This document shows, piece by piece, positions 11,789-20,917 of a stretch of 32,000 nucleotides of DNA. The notes below the pieces were generated by a model that did no database searches, was not told the DNA's origin, and worked only from the letters and a program-made list of their open reading frames with translations. The stretch is from an uncultured Nitrosomonadaceae bacterium (GTDB lineage: Bacteria > Pseudomonadota > Gammaproteobacteria > Burkholderiales > Nitrosomonadaceae). Where the stretch lies: the NCBI GenBank assembly GCA_943787405.1, contig CALSMH010000003.1:354218-386217 (forward strand), in the 5' to 3' direction. Made by a program: the position numbers and the translations under genes. Position 1 is the stretch's first letter, and each line of letters opens with the position of its first letter.

Positions 11789-11797
11789 ATTATACCA
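11789..11797 (-). promoter_or_regulatory. candidate extended -10 element (TGGTATAAT) upstream of rpoE
   Basis: The minus strand reads TGGTATAAT, a perfect TGnTATAAT, about 19 nt upstream of ATG 11770. I found no convincing -35. It is very close to the start codon, so the leader would be short. Confidence 0.3.
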
Positions 11798-12058
11798 GTG
11801 ATTACTGCTACATTATGTACACGTTATTTATGTGCTTTTCAGGGCTTCAATCGATCAAAAGTGCTCCCGCTAGAATACTATTTCTTAAGTTCCACCTATC
11901 CGACTATATTTAAAGACAATATATATTCTATATTAGTTCATATCTAAACAGGGTTATTCTAAGAATAATTGAAATATAGTATATCCAAACCTGAAGTCTG
12001 TTATGATTTTCATATAATTTATATCGAGAATTTAACTATATCCAGAGTTGTAATACCT

Positions 12059-13645
12059 ATGCCTCATACCTATTTTGACACACTCATTATTGGCAGCGGT
12101 CTTGCTGGCTTGACACTTGCACTTAATTTAGCAGAAAGTAAAAAGGTTGGTCTTATAACTAAACAAGCTCTACTTGACGGTGCCAGTGGATGGGCACAGG
12201 GCGGTATTGCTGCAGCACTATCGGAAAATGATTCACCAGAAGCCCATATACGCGACACTATAAATGCTGGTGCTGGGTTGTGTGATGAAAAAATCACTCG
12301 TAGCGTACTGGAAAGTGGTCCGAAAGCAATCCAGTGGCTAATTGAGCAAGGGGTTCCATTCACCCGTGATCAAAAAAATAATACTGGTTACCATCTCACA
12401 AGAGAAGGCGGCCACAGTACACGGAGAGTAATCCATGCAGCAGATACTACCGGTCAAGCTGTACAAAGAACACTAGGCGAAGAAGTCCTCAATCATAAGA
12501 ATATATCGGTTCTTGAGAATCACATCGCCATTGACCTAATAACTAGCAGAAAATTAGGTCACACTGATACCAACAGAAGTTGTTGCTTTGGTGCCTATGT
12601 TCTTGATAATCAGTCAGGAAGGGTCAAGACTATCTCTGCACAGAATACAATATTGGCAGCTGGTGGGGCCGGTAAAGTTTATCTTTATACTACTAACCCT
12701 GATACAGCAACTGGTGATGGTATTGCCATGGGATGGCGTGCAGGTTGCCATATTGCCAATATGGAATTCATCCAGTTCCATCCTACTTGTCTTTACCATC
12801 CACACGCTAAATCCTTTTTAATATCTGAGGCAGTACGCGGAGAAGGTGGGATTCTGAAGCTTCCAAATGGGAAACGCTTCATGCCATTACACGATGAGCG
12901 CGCGGAATTGGCACCTCGTGACATTGTCGCACGCGCTATTGATTTTGAAATGAAAAAACGTGGCCTAGATTGCGTTTATCTCGACATTTCACACAAACCG
13001 AAAACTTTCTTAGAAGAACATTTTCCATTTATTTATACCCGTTGCCTTGAACTAGGGATAGATATTACTCGGCAACCTATCCCAGTTGTACCTGCGGCCC
13101 ATTACACTTGTGGTGGTATAGTTACAAACTTAAATGGAAAAACAAATTTAGATCATTTATATGCAATAGGAGAAACTGCTCACACAGGACTCCATGGTGC
13201 CAACAGGCTTGCAAGTAACTCGCTGCTGGAGTGCCTCATATTTGGTCAAGCAGCTGCCAAAGACATCCTCAACCAAAAGCCTATTCCTACTACACAACTA
13301 CCACAGTGGGATGAAAGTAGAGTTAGTCACGCAGATGAGGAAGTTATTATCTCTCATAACTGGGATGAATTACGCCGTTTTATGTGGAATTACGTTGGCA
13401 TCGTTCGAACTAATAAACGTCTGCAGCGCGCTCAACACCGTATTAAGTTATTACATGAAGAAATACATGAGTATTATTCTAATTTCCGTGTGACCAGTGA
13501 TCTATTAGAACTTCGTAATCTGGTAGATACTGCAGATTTAATTGTACAAAGCGCTATATTGCGCCATGAAAGCCGCGGGCTACACTTTAGTCTGGATTAT
13601 CCTGACACCCAACCACACATACAAAATACTATTTTAGAAATATAG
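12059..13645 (+). CDS. nadB: L-aspartate oxidase
   Basis: It has an FAD-binding N-terminus (DTLIIGSGLAGLTLA) and conserved NadB segments (HYTCGGI, ESRGLHF). The track ORF begins at a TTG at 11969 in an AT-rich spacer. The first ATG at 12059 (MPHTYFDTLIIG) fits the family N-terminus. Confidence 0.9.
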   Translation: MPHTYFDTLIIGSGLAGLTLALNLAESKKVGLITKQALLDGASGWAQGGIAAALSENDSPEAHIRDTINAGAGLCDEKITRSVLESGPKAIQWLIEQGVPFTRDQKNNTGYHLTREGGHSTRRVIHAADTTGQAVQRTLGEEVLNHKNISVLENHIAIDLITSRKLGHTDTNRSCCFGAYVLDNQSGRVKTISAQNTILAAGGAGKVYLYTTNPDTATGDGIAMGWRAGCHIANMEFIQFHPTCLYHPHAKSFLISEAVRGEGGILKLPNGKRFMPLHDERAELAPRDIVARAIDFEMKKRGLDCVYLDISHKPKTFLEEHFPFIYTRCLELGIDITRQPIPVVPAAHYTCGGIVTNLNGKTNLDHLYAIGETAHTGLHGANRLASNSLLECLIFGQAAAKDILNQKPIPTTQLPQWDESRVSHADEEVIISHNWDELRRFMWNYVGIVRTNKRLQRAQHRIKLLHEEIHEYYSNFRVTSDLLELRNLVDTADLIVQSAILRHESRGLHFSLDYPDTQPHIQNTILEI

Positions 13646-13707
13646 CTTCTGCTTGAGCCTTTATTAGTAATTTAGATTTATTCAACTACACTTCTTATTC
13701 TTTTAAT

Positions 13708-14736
13708 ATGAATTCAATTTGGCATTCTTTTCAGAAAAACAATGATGCAGTTATAGAAAATAACAGCATTATTAATTATGGAAACGCTTCTACAGAGCTC
13801 GAAAATACTGGCTCTAATACATTAATAGTGGCTGATCTCTCTCATTCTGGAATAATTCATTTCTCTGGTGAAGATGCATCAGAATTCTTGCAGGGTCAGT
13901 TGAGTTGTGACGTCACAAAAATTGATCATCATACAGCTCAGTATGGTAGCTGCTGTACTCCAAAAGGAAGAATGCTTGCCAGTTTTCTGGTATGGAAAAA
14001 TTCTAGTGGATATTTTATGCAGTTGCCAATATCTCTCCTCATAACGTTAGAGAAGAGGTTATCCATGTATGTCATGCGTGCCAAAGTGAAATTAAGTAAT
14101 GATAGTGACAAATATGTACGTATTGGAGTTGCTGGGAGCCTTGCCTCAGAAGTAGTTGAAAAAATATTTGGAGTGTCTCCTGATCCCTTTCTTGGTGTTA
14201 TTAATAGTGAAAATGAAAATGTTATTTGTCTTTCTCAGGATCGTTTTGAAATTGTTACTACACAAGAGCATGCGCCAAAAATATGGGGAGATTTGAAAAA
14301 ACATGCTATGCCAGTTGGTAGATTCTGCTGGGACTGGCTAGAAATAAAGGCGGGTATTCCTGTTATTACACCTGCCACTCAAGAGCAATTTGTTCCCCAA
14401 ATGACAAATTTGGAAGCTATTGGCGGCATAAGCTTTCAGAAGGGTTGTTATCCTGGGCAAGAAATTATTTCACGCACTCATTTTCTGGGTAAGATTAAAC
14501 GCCGTATGTATCTCGCAAATATATGCACAAAAGAATTTATTTCTGCCGGAGATGAGCTGTACAGCAATAAGAAACAAGTATGTGGCATGGTAGTTAATGC
14601 CGCCCCCTCACCTGAGGGTGGATATGATGTACTAGCGGTGATACAAACTGATAGCGTGAAGAATGAAAATATATACTGGAAAGAAACTAAAGGGCCGACA
14701 CTCAAAATATTACCACTACCCTATGTACTAAAATAA
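13708..14736 (+). CDS. ygfZ: folate-binding YgfZ/GcvT-like protein (Fe-S cluster repair / tRNA modification associated)
   Basis: 342 aa with the YgfZ signature KGCYPGQE and GcvT-like fold features. Confidence 0.8.
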   Translation: MNSIWHSFQKNNDAVIENNSIINYGNASTELENTGSNTLIVADLSHSGIIHFSGEDASEFLQGQLSCDVTKIDHHTAQYGSCCTPKGRMLASFLVWKNSSGYFMQLPISLLITLEKRLSMYVMRAKVKLSNDSDKYVRIGVAGSLASEVVEKIFGVSPDPFLGVINSENENVICLSQDRFEIVTTQEHAPKIWGDLKKHAMPVGRFCWDWLEIKAGIPVITPATQEQFVPQMTNLEAIGGISFQKGCYPGQEIISRTHFLGKIKRRMYLANICTKEFISAGDELYSNKKQVCGMVVNAAPSPEGGYDVLAVIQTDSVKNENIYWKETKGPTLKILPLPYVLK

Positions 14737-14828
14737 TTAGTTAGATTCTAAGTATTCTTATTAAATTTACATTTCATTTACATAGAAAAGAACCCAGCCT
14801 CTTCATGTCTAAATTATTTAACTAATTA

Positions 14829-16787
14829 TTAGGCTGTTTCTATTATTTGATTAATATTAAGAAAGAATTCTTGCACATCATTTAGATCACGCGTGCGCTT
14901 CATTGGTGGAAGGCTCTTCCAAATTCGTTTACCGTAAGATTTAGTAATAATACGTTGATCACAAATCATCAATACACCACGATCAATCTCGTCACGAATT
15001 AATCGTCCTACACCCTGCCTTAGATTAATGACGGTATGGGGCACCTGATATTCCATGAATGCATTACCACCCTCTTTATTTATTTTCTCAATCCTCGCTG
15101 CTAGCACAGGATCATTGGGCGGTGCAAAGGGTAGCTTATCTATTACAACTAGTGATAAAGCTTCACCACGTACATCTACCCCCTCCCAGAAAGACTGACT
15201 CCCAATAAGTACAGCATTCCCCATTTTACGAAATCGGTCTAACATTTCTGAGCGTGATCCTTGTCCCTGTAGCAATAAAGGATAGTCAAGTTTCTCATCT
15301 TCAAATAGGTCCAACAACTTATTATAAATCTGCTGCATTGCACGCAGGCTGGTACACAAAATGAATGCACGACCACGACTCACCTTTAATACTGGAAACA
15401 CTGCTTTAACCATATTTTCGGTATAACTACTATTATTTGGCTCAGGCAAACCAGTCGGCACATAAAGTAAAGCCTGATCAGCAAAATTAAATGGGCTCTC
15501 CCAACTAACTGCTCTTACCGAACTTAATTCTGGGTTTAAACCCATTACACTGTTGTAATGTGAAAAATCACCATTTACTGAAAGCGTTGCAGAAGTAAAT
15601 ACCCATGCACGCGAAGAATCATTTATTTGTTTGTTAAACCCTTCTGCAATAGATAGGGGTGTTGCGTTAAATTGTAGTGTGTAACTAAACGTCTCTACCC
15701 AACAAACAAATTCCCCCATCTCTGCCTGACTGTCCCAACGAGTAATCCTGGCCACAATTTCGCGTACTCGTTGCCAACAATTTTCTAATCCTTCTGAGCG
15801 CTCTGCTTGATTTTCTAGTATAGAACTCAATACTGTAAGATTCTCAAGTAACTCATCCAATTTCTTTCTAAATTCCGTATTCTTTATTATCAGCGACCTA
15901 GGTAAACGAACACTCTCAGTGCCGGTACTAAGCCGTAAATCACGTGCAGATTTCTCTACTACTAATGCGGCATCTGGCAATGCAGCGAAATCCTTGGCAC
16001 TCTTAATTCCCTCAATACTAATGTCCTGTGCTAACTCCACTAATTGACCAGTGCTTACTGATTCACCAAAGAATAGACTTGCAGTCTCAGGCAACTGATG
16101 TGCTTCATCGAATATTACTGTGTCGCATGTAGGAAGAATCTCTGATAGTCCTTCATCGCGTAGCAATATATCAGCAAAAAACAAATGGTGGTTAACGACC
16201 ACCAGATCTGCCGAAAGCGCTTTTTTTCGTGCTTCCATAACAAAGCATTCTTTATATTTTGGACATTCCGAACCAAGACAACTCTCTCTGGTTGAGGTGA
16301 CACGTTGCCAAATTGATGCGTTTTCAGGCACGCCACTAACACCACCCTTATCTCCGCTTATACTGGAATCTGCGTAGCGCTCAATTAATTTAAGATATTT
16401 CCTTTCATTAAGACTAGTAAACTCTTCTTCTAGAGTACGCTCCAGATGATAGTGGCACACATAATTTGCACGTCCTTTTAATAATACAACTTTCACAGGC
16501 ACATTAAGTGCTGCACGCACAATATTAATATCTCTATTGAAGAGTTGATCTTGCTGGGTTTTTGTTCCAGTAGAAATAATGACCTTTCCACCTGCTAGAA
16601 GGGCTGGAACTAAATAGGCAAAAGTTTTACCAGTTCCTGTTCCCGCCTCTGCAATAAGAATGTGATTGTCAGATATTGTTTCAGCAATCATCTCCGCCAT
16701 TTCTCTTTGCTGTGTACGCGCTCGATACTCAGGAACAAAATTAGCAAGTATGCCATTAGCAGCAAAATAAGATTCTAAATTTGCCAT
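14829..16787 (-). CDS. ATP-dependent DNA helicase, DinG/YoaA (XPD-like Fe-S) family
   Basis: 652 aa. Walker A is AGTGTGKTFAYL and the DEAH box is FDEAHQL. A four-Cys Fe-S pattern sits between them (YVC ... SCLGSECPKYKEC). The size is closer to YoaA than to DinG. Confidence 0.85.
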   Translation of the reverse strand: MANLESYFAANGILANFVPEYRARTQQREMAEMIAETISDNHILIAEAGTGTGKTFAYLVPALLAGGKVIISTGTKTQQDQLFNRDINIVRAALNVPVKVVLLKGRANYVCHYHLERTLEEEFTSLNERKYLKLIERYADSSISGDKGGVSGVPENASIWQRVTSTRESCLGSECPKYKECFVMEARKKALSADLVVVNHHLFFADILLRDEGLSEILPTCDTVIFDEAHQLPETASLFFGESVSTGQLVELAQDISIEGIKSAKDFAALPDAALVVEKSARDLRLSTGTESVRLPRSLIIKNTEFRKKLDELLENLTVLSSILENQAERSEGLENCWQRVREIVARITRWDSQAEMGEFVCWVETFSYTLQFNATPLSIAEGFNKQINDSSRAWVFTSATLSVNGDFSHYNSVMGLNPELSSVRAVSWESPFNFADQALLYVPTGLPEPNNSSYTENMVKAVFPVLKVSRGRAFILCTSLRAMQQIYNKLLDLFEDEKLDYPLLLQGQGSRSEMLDRFRKMGNAVLIGSQSFWEGVDVRGEALSLVVIDKLPFAPPNDPVLAARIEKINKEGGNAFMEYQVPHTVINLRQGVGRLIRDEIDRGVLMICDQRIITKSYGKRIWKSLPPMKRTRDLNDVQEFFLNINQIIETA

Positions 16788-16830
16788 TAATAATTTATAG
16801 AACTAGGAACATCTATAATTTCCTACAGAT

Positions 16831-16879
16831 AAAAAAAAACCGATCCACTATCCCGTCATATGACGGGGGAGCGGATCGG
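16831..16879 (-). terminator. rho-independent terminator of the amoCAB operon
   Basis: The minus strand reads CCGATCCGCTCCCCCGTCA-TA-TGACGGGATAGTGGATCGG followed by nine T. The stem is 19 nt with one G-U pair and a 2-nt internal mismatch. It begins 18 nt after the amoB stop. Confidence 0.85.
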
Positions 16880-16897
16880 CGTCTTGCCTGTCTTACC

Positions 16898-18163
16898 TTA
16901 TAGCTTGGTAAAGACCGGAATCACAGGACCATGTATGCTGTTGATGTTGCGATCACCTGCGTCAGTCCAGGTCATTAGCAAACCACCAAAACGACTTTCA
17001 GGATCACCCATAAGTGCCATCAGACGTTGTACTTCCCATAGTGCATCCTTAGCTTCCATTTTTACTTCACGAGTTTCACCAGGTTCAATTGGCGTAGTAT
17101 TTGCCAATGATAGTCCGGTTGCCACGAGCTCTCTCGGATAGTATCTATCGAGATGCTTCAGGCCTACCTTATTAATGAACCTTACACCTGCTGTGGTAAA
17201 TTCACCGATTCTTACGGCTTCATCTCCACTATTGGTGACCATCATGGTTACACGAAGTGCGCGTCCTGGTACATCATAGTTCGCGTTCGTCACTCTAACC
17301 GATACTGGATTAGGTTTCACTGGAAGAGGTGCGATCTTTGTTTCGCCCGCTTGAAGTGGAACAGTATACGGATGCTTGCTTTCCGTAGAGCTATAACCAA
17401 ACCAAACAAGTCCGAAAGTAAGGATCATGAAGGCCCAGCCAAGTTTGGTATCCACTGGATCAATCATATCCTCATCCCCGTATGCCAATAGTACACGACT
17501 ACGTGGTAAGAACATCGGACGAGCAACAAATATACCAATCCAAATACACCCGAGGACCATCCATATAGAATGCCAAATCACACCATTGGCATGATTGAAG
17601 GTTTCTGAATCAATGGTATCCCCTGTCAACAACTTGATTGGGTTCTTAAAGTCAGCCCAGTCGCCTGAGATGCTCATCCAAGAACCTGGTCCAGCAATTG
17701 GTCCAGCATCCTTAACGTTTACCATAGCATGTATATGGTGACGTCCTGGAATACGAGCTTTCAGTCGAGCTACAAACTTATAATCTCGACCAATTTCCAG
17801 TGGTCCCGCAATAAATGCTGGTTCACCGTTTAGCGTTACGCTTAAACGAACAAATACTGGACTTGGGCTACCTACGTTGAAGAAAGCACGGTGTGGTTTA
17901 CCAACTGCAGCCGGCCAATCTTCTGCTAGGTGAAACTTACCCTGCATAATAGCCACTTCGTTGACTTTAGTTGCTTTACCACCTTTCGATTCTTCACCCC
18001 ACTCTACGTCATACCACTGAATGGTACGCATACGCAGGAATGGTTCCTGTGAACGTTCACCATGAGCAGCTACAGGAGCCACATCAGTGACTAGAGCGAT
18101 AGCTAGTGTCGCCATTCCGGCGAGTCCAAGGACGAATCCTTTAAATAATTTATTAGTTTTCAT
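16898..18163 (-). CDS. amoB: ammonia monooxygenase subunit B
   Basis: 421 aa. A signal peptide ends ...APVAA|[14 protein letters not shown], giving a mature N-terminal His. The HxH copper-site context ([11 protein letters not shown]) and two mid-protein TM helices are as in AmoB/PmoB. Its ATG overlaps the amoA stop as TAATG. Confidence 0.95.
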   Translation of the reverse strand: MKTNKLFKGFVLGLAGMATLAIALVTDVAPVAAHGERSQEPFLRMRTIQWYDVEWGEESKGGKATKVNEVAIMQGKFHLAEDWPAAVGKPHRAFFNVGSPSPVFVRLSVTLNGEPAFIAGPLEIGRDYKFVARLKARIPGRHHIHAMVNVKDAGPIAGPGSWMSISGDWADFKNPIKLLTGDTIDSETFNHANGVIWHSIWMVLGCIWIGIFVARPMFLPRSRVLLAYGDEDMIDPVDTKLGWAFMILTFGLVWFGYSSTESKHPYTVPLQAGETKIAPLPVKPNPVSVRVTNANYDVPGRALRVTMMVTNSGDEAVRIGEFTTAGVRFINKVGLKHLDRYYPRELVATGLSLANTTPIEPGETREVKMEAKDALWEVQRLMALMGDPESRFGGLLMTWTDAGDRNINSIHGPVIPVFTKL

Positions 18164-18993
18164 TATTTTATAGTCTCCGGAAATCCTTCTTCACCAAAAG
18201 CGGTAACATCTTCTTTTTCTGAGATGCGACCTCTAGCACCTTTAACGTAATAGAACGATGTGCAATAGAACCTTCCTAGGTACCACCATACAACGAACAT
18301 TAGCATTGATACAAAAGCAGCAAAGAATGCCGCAATTACCGTAGTATGACCACCGAAGGTACGTAGTGATCCTTGCTCGATTAAACGAACATACTCAGGT
18401 GTACCAGTACGAACATAAAGGAAACCAGTGTAATCAGCCAATGATAGCAATACACCTTCAACTACTAACGGAAGGTGAGTTGGTCCAAAGATCGGCCAGT
18501 TACCTGGATAGAACAATAGCCCAAATGCTCCGCCACCAAATAGTGCTGTAATCATCCAGTTACGAGTCAACAATAGACATGTGTCCATAATCAGCGCACC
18601 AGGAATCATTGTGGATGGCAATACAAAGTTGATCGGATAGTGTGACCACCAGTAGAAACCCCAGTAGCGAGTTAACCATTCACCAACAAGCAAGCAAACA
18701 ACACAAAGTGTTGCACCGAATGGCTGGCGGTAATTTACCCAGAGGTAATACATGATAGTTGAACAATAGGTTATTCCTACAATAGGAGTAACAACCGGCC
18801 ACCATTGACGATCTTTCCAGTCAAGCCAGAAATCCCAATCGCCTGCAAGTAGCATGAAATGCATGTGGTATGTACCCACTAAAAGTATGCATAAGATCGG
18901 AAAGTAAATCAGATCTATATGCCTGGACATGCTCACCGCTTCCGGTGGCATCTTTGCCAGCTTTATAATTTTTTCTGTTTGAAATATTGCCAT
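18163..18993 (-). CDS. amoA: ammonia monooxygenase subunit A
   Basis: 276 aa. Long stretches match betaproteobacterial AmoA as I remember it from Nitrosomonas europaea: [37 protein letters not shown] and [19 protein letters not shown]. Confidence 0.97.
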   Translation of the reverse strand: MAIFQTEKIIKLAKMPPEAVSMSRHIDLIYFPILCILLVGTYHMHFMLLAGDWDFWLDWKDRQWWPVVTPIVGITYCSTIMYYLWVNYRQPFGATLCVVCLLVGEWLTRYWGFYWWSHYPINFVLPSTMIPGALIMDTCLLLTRNWMITALFGGGAFGLLFYPGNWPIFGPTHLPLVVEGVLLSLADYTGFLYVRTGTPEYVRLIEQGSLRTFGGHTTVIAAFFAAFVSMLMFVVWWYLGRFYCTSFYYVKGARGRISEKEDVTAFGEEGFPETIK

Positions 18994-19081
18994 TTTTCCC
19001 CCTTCAGGTACGTCGTATGTTCTTAAACATAAAAATAATAAACCGTTTCTTTTCTTAACTATTTACTTGCTGGTCACCTGA

Positions 19082-19105
19082 CCCTGCTCTCTAATGAGAG
19101 CAGGG
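19082..19105 (-). other. perfect RNA stem-loop in the amoC-amoA intergenic spacer
   Basis: ccctgctctc (19082..19091) and gagagcaggg (19096..19105) form a 10-bp perfect stem with a 4-nt loop. It starts 43 nt downstream of the amoC stop. No U-tract follows on the minus strand, so it is not a canonical intrinsic terminator. Confidence 0.6.
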
Positions 19106-19147
19106 GGGGTGTGATAGAAGGATATAGTTAAAGATCAGAACCAGTTG

Positions 19148-19966
19148 TTAGGGTTTGATCCTGTTATTCAGAATGATAGGATCAGAATTGTTCCAGATCA
19201 CATCAGTCAGATTGGAATAACGAGTAATTATCTGTGCTGCAACCCCGCCTGCGAACAGACCAGACCAACCCAGAATTACAAATCCCCAATGCAATGGTGC
19301 ACTGAATAGTTCTTCCATGAACCAGAAAGCATGTCCCCATTCGTTAAGACCAACGTTTGGCAGAATCATCAGCGGACCAGCAATCGCAAATACTAAAGGA
19401 AACGATGTGCCTCTGCTGTACTGTGGCAAACGGGTTATAGCGTAAAGATAGCTAGAGATTCCGCAAACAATGTACATTGGGAAAGAACCATAAAATACTA
19501 CGACATGACTAGGTGTGAAACTAGTATCGCGTATGATTACCTGATGCCATGAAGCATCTTGCTCGGTGAAGAAGCTACCGCCCCAATACACACCGAATAG
19601 GTATACGCCTAACCACATCATCCAATAGAAATAGCGTTTGATTTCTAGTTTTGGATCCAGGTTATCCAATTGTTCTTTGGTATCCCTTGTTTTCCAGATC
19701 CAGCCCCAAGCAATCAATGCAAAGGTAGGCATTACTGTCATGTGAACGCGCCATAGACCCATCCAGACTTTTTCAAATTCAGGCTCCATCGAATCCATGC
19801 CATGTGAATAAGCAAAAGTACGTTGGTACCAAATCCAGAAACACGCTACTAATAGCATAAGTGCCATGCCAAATTTATACCACCTTGAGTCATACCAAAG
19901 TGACTGATCCCAGGAGCCAGAAGATGCTTTGGCTGCTGTTCCAGTTGAACCGTATGTTGTTGCCAT
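19148..19966 (-). CDS. amoC: ammonia monooxygenase subunit C
   Basis: 272 aa polytopic membrane protein. It matches remembered AmoC sequence over most of its length ([71 protein letters not shown]). A strong GGAGGA RBS lies 6 nt upstream of the ATG. Confidence 0.96.
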   Translation of the reverse strand: MATTYGSTGTAAKASSGSWDQSLWYDSRWYKFGMALMLLVACFWIWYQRTFAYSHGMDSMEPEFEKVWMGLWRVHMTVMPTFALIAWGWIWKTRDTKEQLDNLDPKLEIKRYFYWMMWLGVYLFGVYWGGSFFTEQDASWHQVIIRDTSFTPSHVVVFYGSFPMYIVCGISSYLYAITRLPQYSRGTSFPLVFAIAGPLMILPNVGLNEWGHAFWFMEELFSAPLHWGFVILGWSGLFAGGVAAQIITRYSNLTDVIWNNSDPIILNNRIKP

Positions 19967-19985
19967 TTGTTATCCTCCTATCATT

Positions 19986-20015
19986 TCAAATATGTACTAC
20001 TCAAATATGTACTAC
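19986..20015 (-). repeat. perfect 15-bp tandem direct repeat in the amoC 5' leader
   Basis: On the plus strand tcaaatatgtactac occurs at 19986..20000 and again at 20001..20015 with no spacer. The minus-strand unit is GTAGTACATATTTGA. The repeat ends 7 nt upstream of the amoC Shine-Dalgarno sequence. Confidence 0.9.
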
Positions 20016-20079
20016 GACTTTCAAAACCTTCATGACGAGAATAGCTCTCGACATTTTTATTAGCCGACAATCAACCTGC

Positions 20080-20109
20080 AGATTAGCCGAGATGAGCGCC
20101 CCAAGTCAA
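20080..20109 (-). promoter_or_regulatory. candidate sigma-70 promoter for amoC
   Basis: The minus strand reads TTGACT (20109..20104), an 18-nt spacer, then TAATCT (20085..20080). The -35 is good and the -10 is weak. It would give a leader of roughly 100 nt. A second candidate is TTGAAA ... GTTAAT near 20170..20142. Neither is verified. Confidence 0.25.
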
Positions 20110-20239
20110 GCAGTTTATTAAGTGATGCAAGGGTCATAAATTAACTCATGAAAAAACAACCCCTTTCAAACCAAACAATTTTAAAAAAATATTTATAATA
20201 AGAATCGAGAGCTAATTAATTCTAATTCTTGCCCTTATT

Positions 20240-20917
20240 TTAATCTCTATCCTCAAGATTTAACTCACTACTAATATCAGAATTAGATGTTTGTTCTGAA
20301 ACTGGTAACATTTCCAAGCTTCCTTTCTCCTCAACAAGTAAACCAGGCTCTTCCAATGAGGGTAATTCTTCTAAGGAACGTAAATTAAGATCATTAAGAA
20401 AATCTTCAGTAGTTGCAAATAAAACCGGTCTACCAGGAACGTCACGGTGTCCGATAGCCTCTACCCAGCCACGCGCCTCCAAAACTCTAAGTATTGGGCT
20501 AGATACTGACACACCACGAATTTCTTCAATATCTCCACGCGTCACTGGCTGGCGGTAAGCTATGATGGCAAGTGTTTCCAATACAGCTCGTGAGTATCGA
20601 GGAGGCTTTTGTGGACTCAATTTGTTAAGAAATTCCTGCACCTCTAATTTTGTATGGAATCGCCAGCCGCTAGCAACACATACTAACTCTACACCCCCTT
20701 CCGCCCATTTCTCTCTTAATTCCTCAAGCAATTTTCGAAGAATCTCTGTGCTTAATTCACCATCAAATAATTTATTTAATTCTGATAATGACAATGGATC
20801 CTGAGCAGTAAGCAAAGCTGCTTCTAATATACGCTTGACTTGATCAGGGTCTCTCTGATCAATATTTTTTTTCTCAGGTAAATTAGACCGAGGCAAGGCG
20901 ATCGACTGATTTAACAT
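20240..20917 (-). CDS. scpB: segregation and condensation protein B
   Basis: It has ScpB winged-helix repeats (ILEAALLTAQDPLSLSEL, QPVTRGDIEEIRGVSV) and follows scpA. The track start at 20929 is a TTG, so I use the first ATG at 20917. Either start overlaps the end of scpA. Confidence 0.85.
   Translation of the reverse strand: MLNQSIALPRSNLPEKKNIDQRDPDQVKRILEAALLTAQDPLSLSELNKLFDGELSTEILRKLLEELREKWAEGGVELVCVASGWRFHTKLEVQEFLNKLSPQKPPRYSRAVLETLAIIAYRQPVTRGDIEEIRGVSVSSPILRVLEARGWVEAIGHRDVPGRPVLFATTEDFLNDLNLRSLEELPSLEEPGLLVEEKGSLEMLPVSEQTSNSDISSELNLEDRD

Noticed and set aside
11870-11893. A sigma-E-type -35 box GGAACTT lies on the minus strand upstream of rpoE, which would suggest an autoregulated promoter.
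   Set aside because: The only TCTA-like -10 follows after about 12 nt, whereas known sigma-E/AlgU promoters use a spacer of about 16-17 nt. The spacing does not fit, so I do not call it. It may still merit 5'-end mapping.
11969-12058. A 30-codon N-terminal extension of nadB begins at a TTG.
   Set aside because: The start is non-ATG and sits in AT-rich spacer. The FAD-binding fold begins right after ATG 12059, so the extension is not expected in NadB.
14737-14826. A 9/10 inverted repeat (ttagttagat / atttaactaa) flanks the ygfZ-helicase convergent spacer.
   Set aside because: It is short, AT-rich, imperfect and 70 nt apart, which is expected by chance in this composition. No mobile-element features are associated with it.
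16860-17141. A 93-aa plus-strand ORF begins inside the amoB terminator hairpin.
   Set aside because: It is antisense to the 3' end of amoB, starts within the terminator stem and has no motifs, so I consider it spurious.
19970-19984. A mini-uORF ATG-ATA-GGA-GGA-TAA (M-I-G-G-stop) overlaps the amoC Shine-Dalgarno sequence.
   Set aside because: It has no SD of its own, is only four codons long, and its GGAGGA is the amoC RBS. It is most likely coincidental.
19861-20121. An 86-aa plus-strand ORF spans the amoC 5' end and leader, and contains QICTTQICTT.
   Set aside because: It is antisense to the amoC start and leader. The internal peptide repeat is just the translation of the 15-bp tandem DNA repeat. 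There is no RBS or family resemblance.
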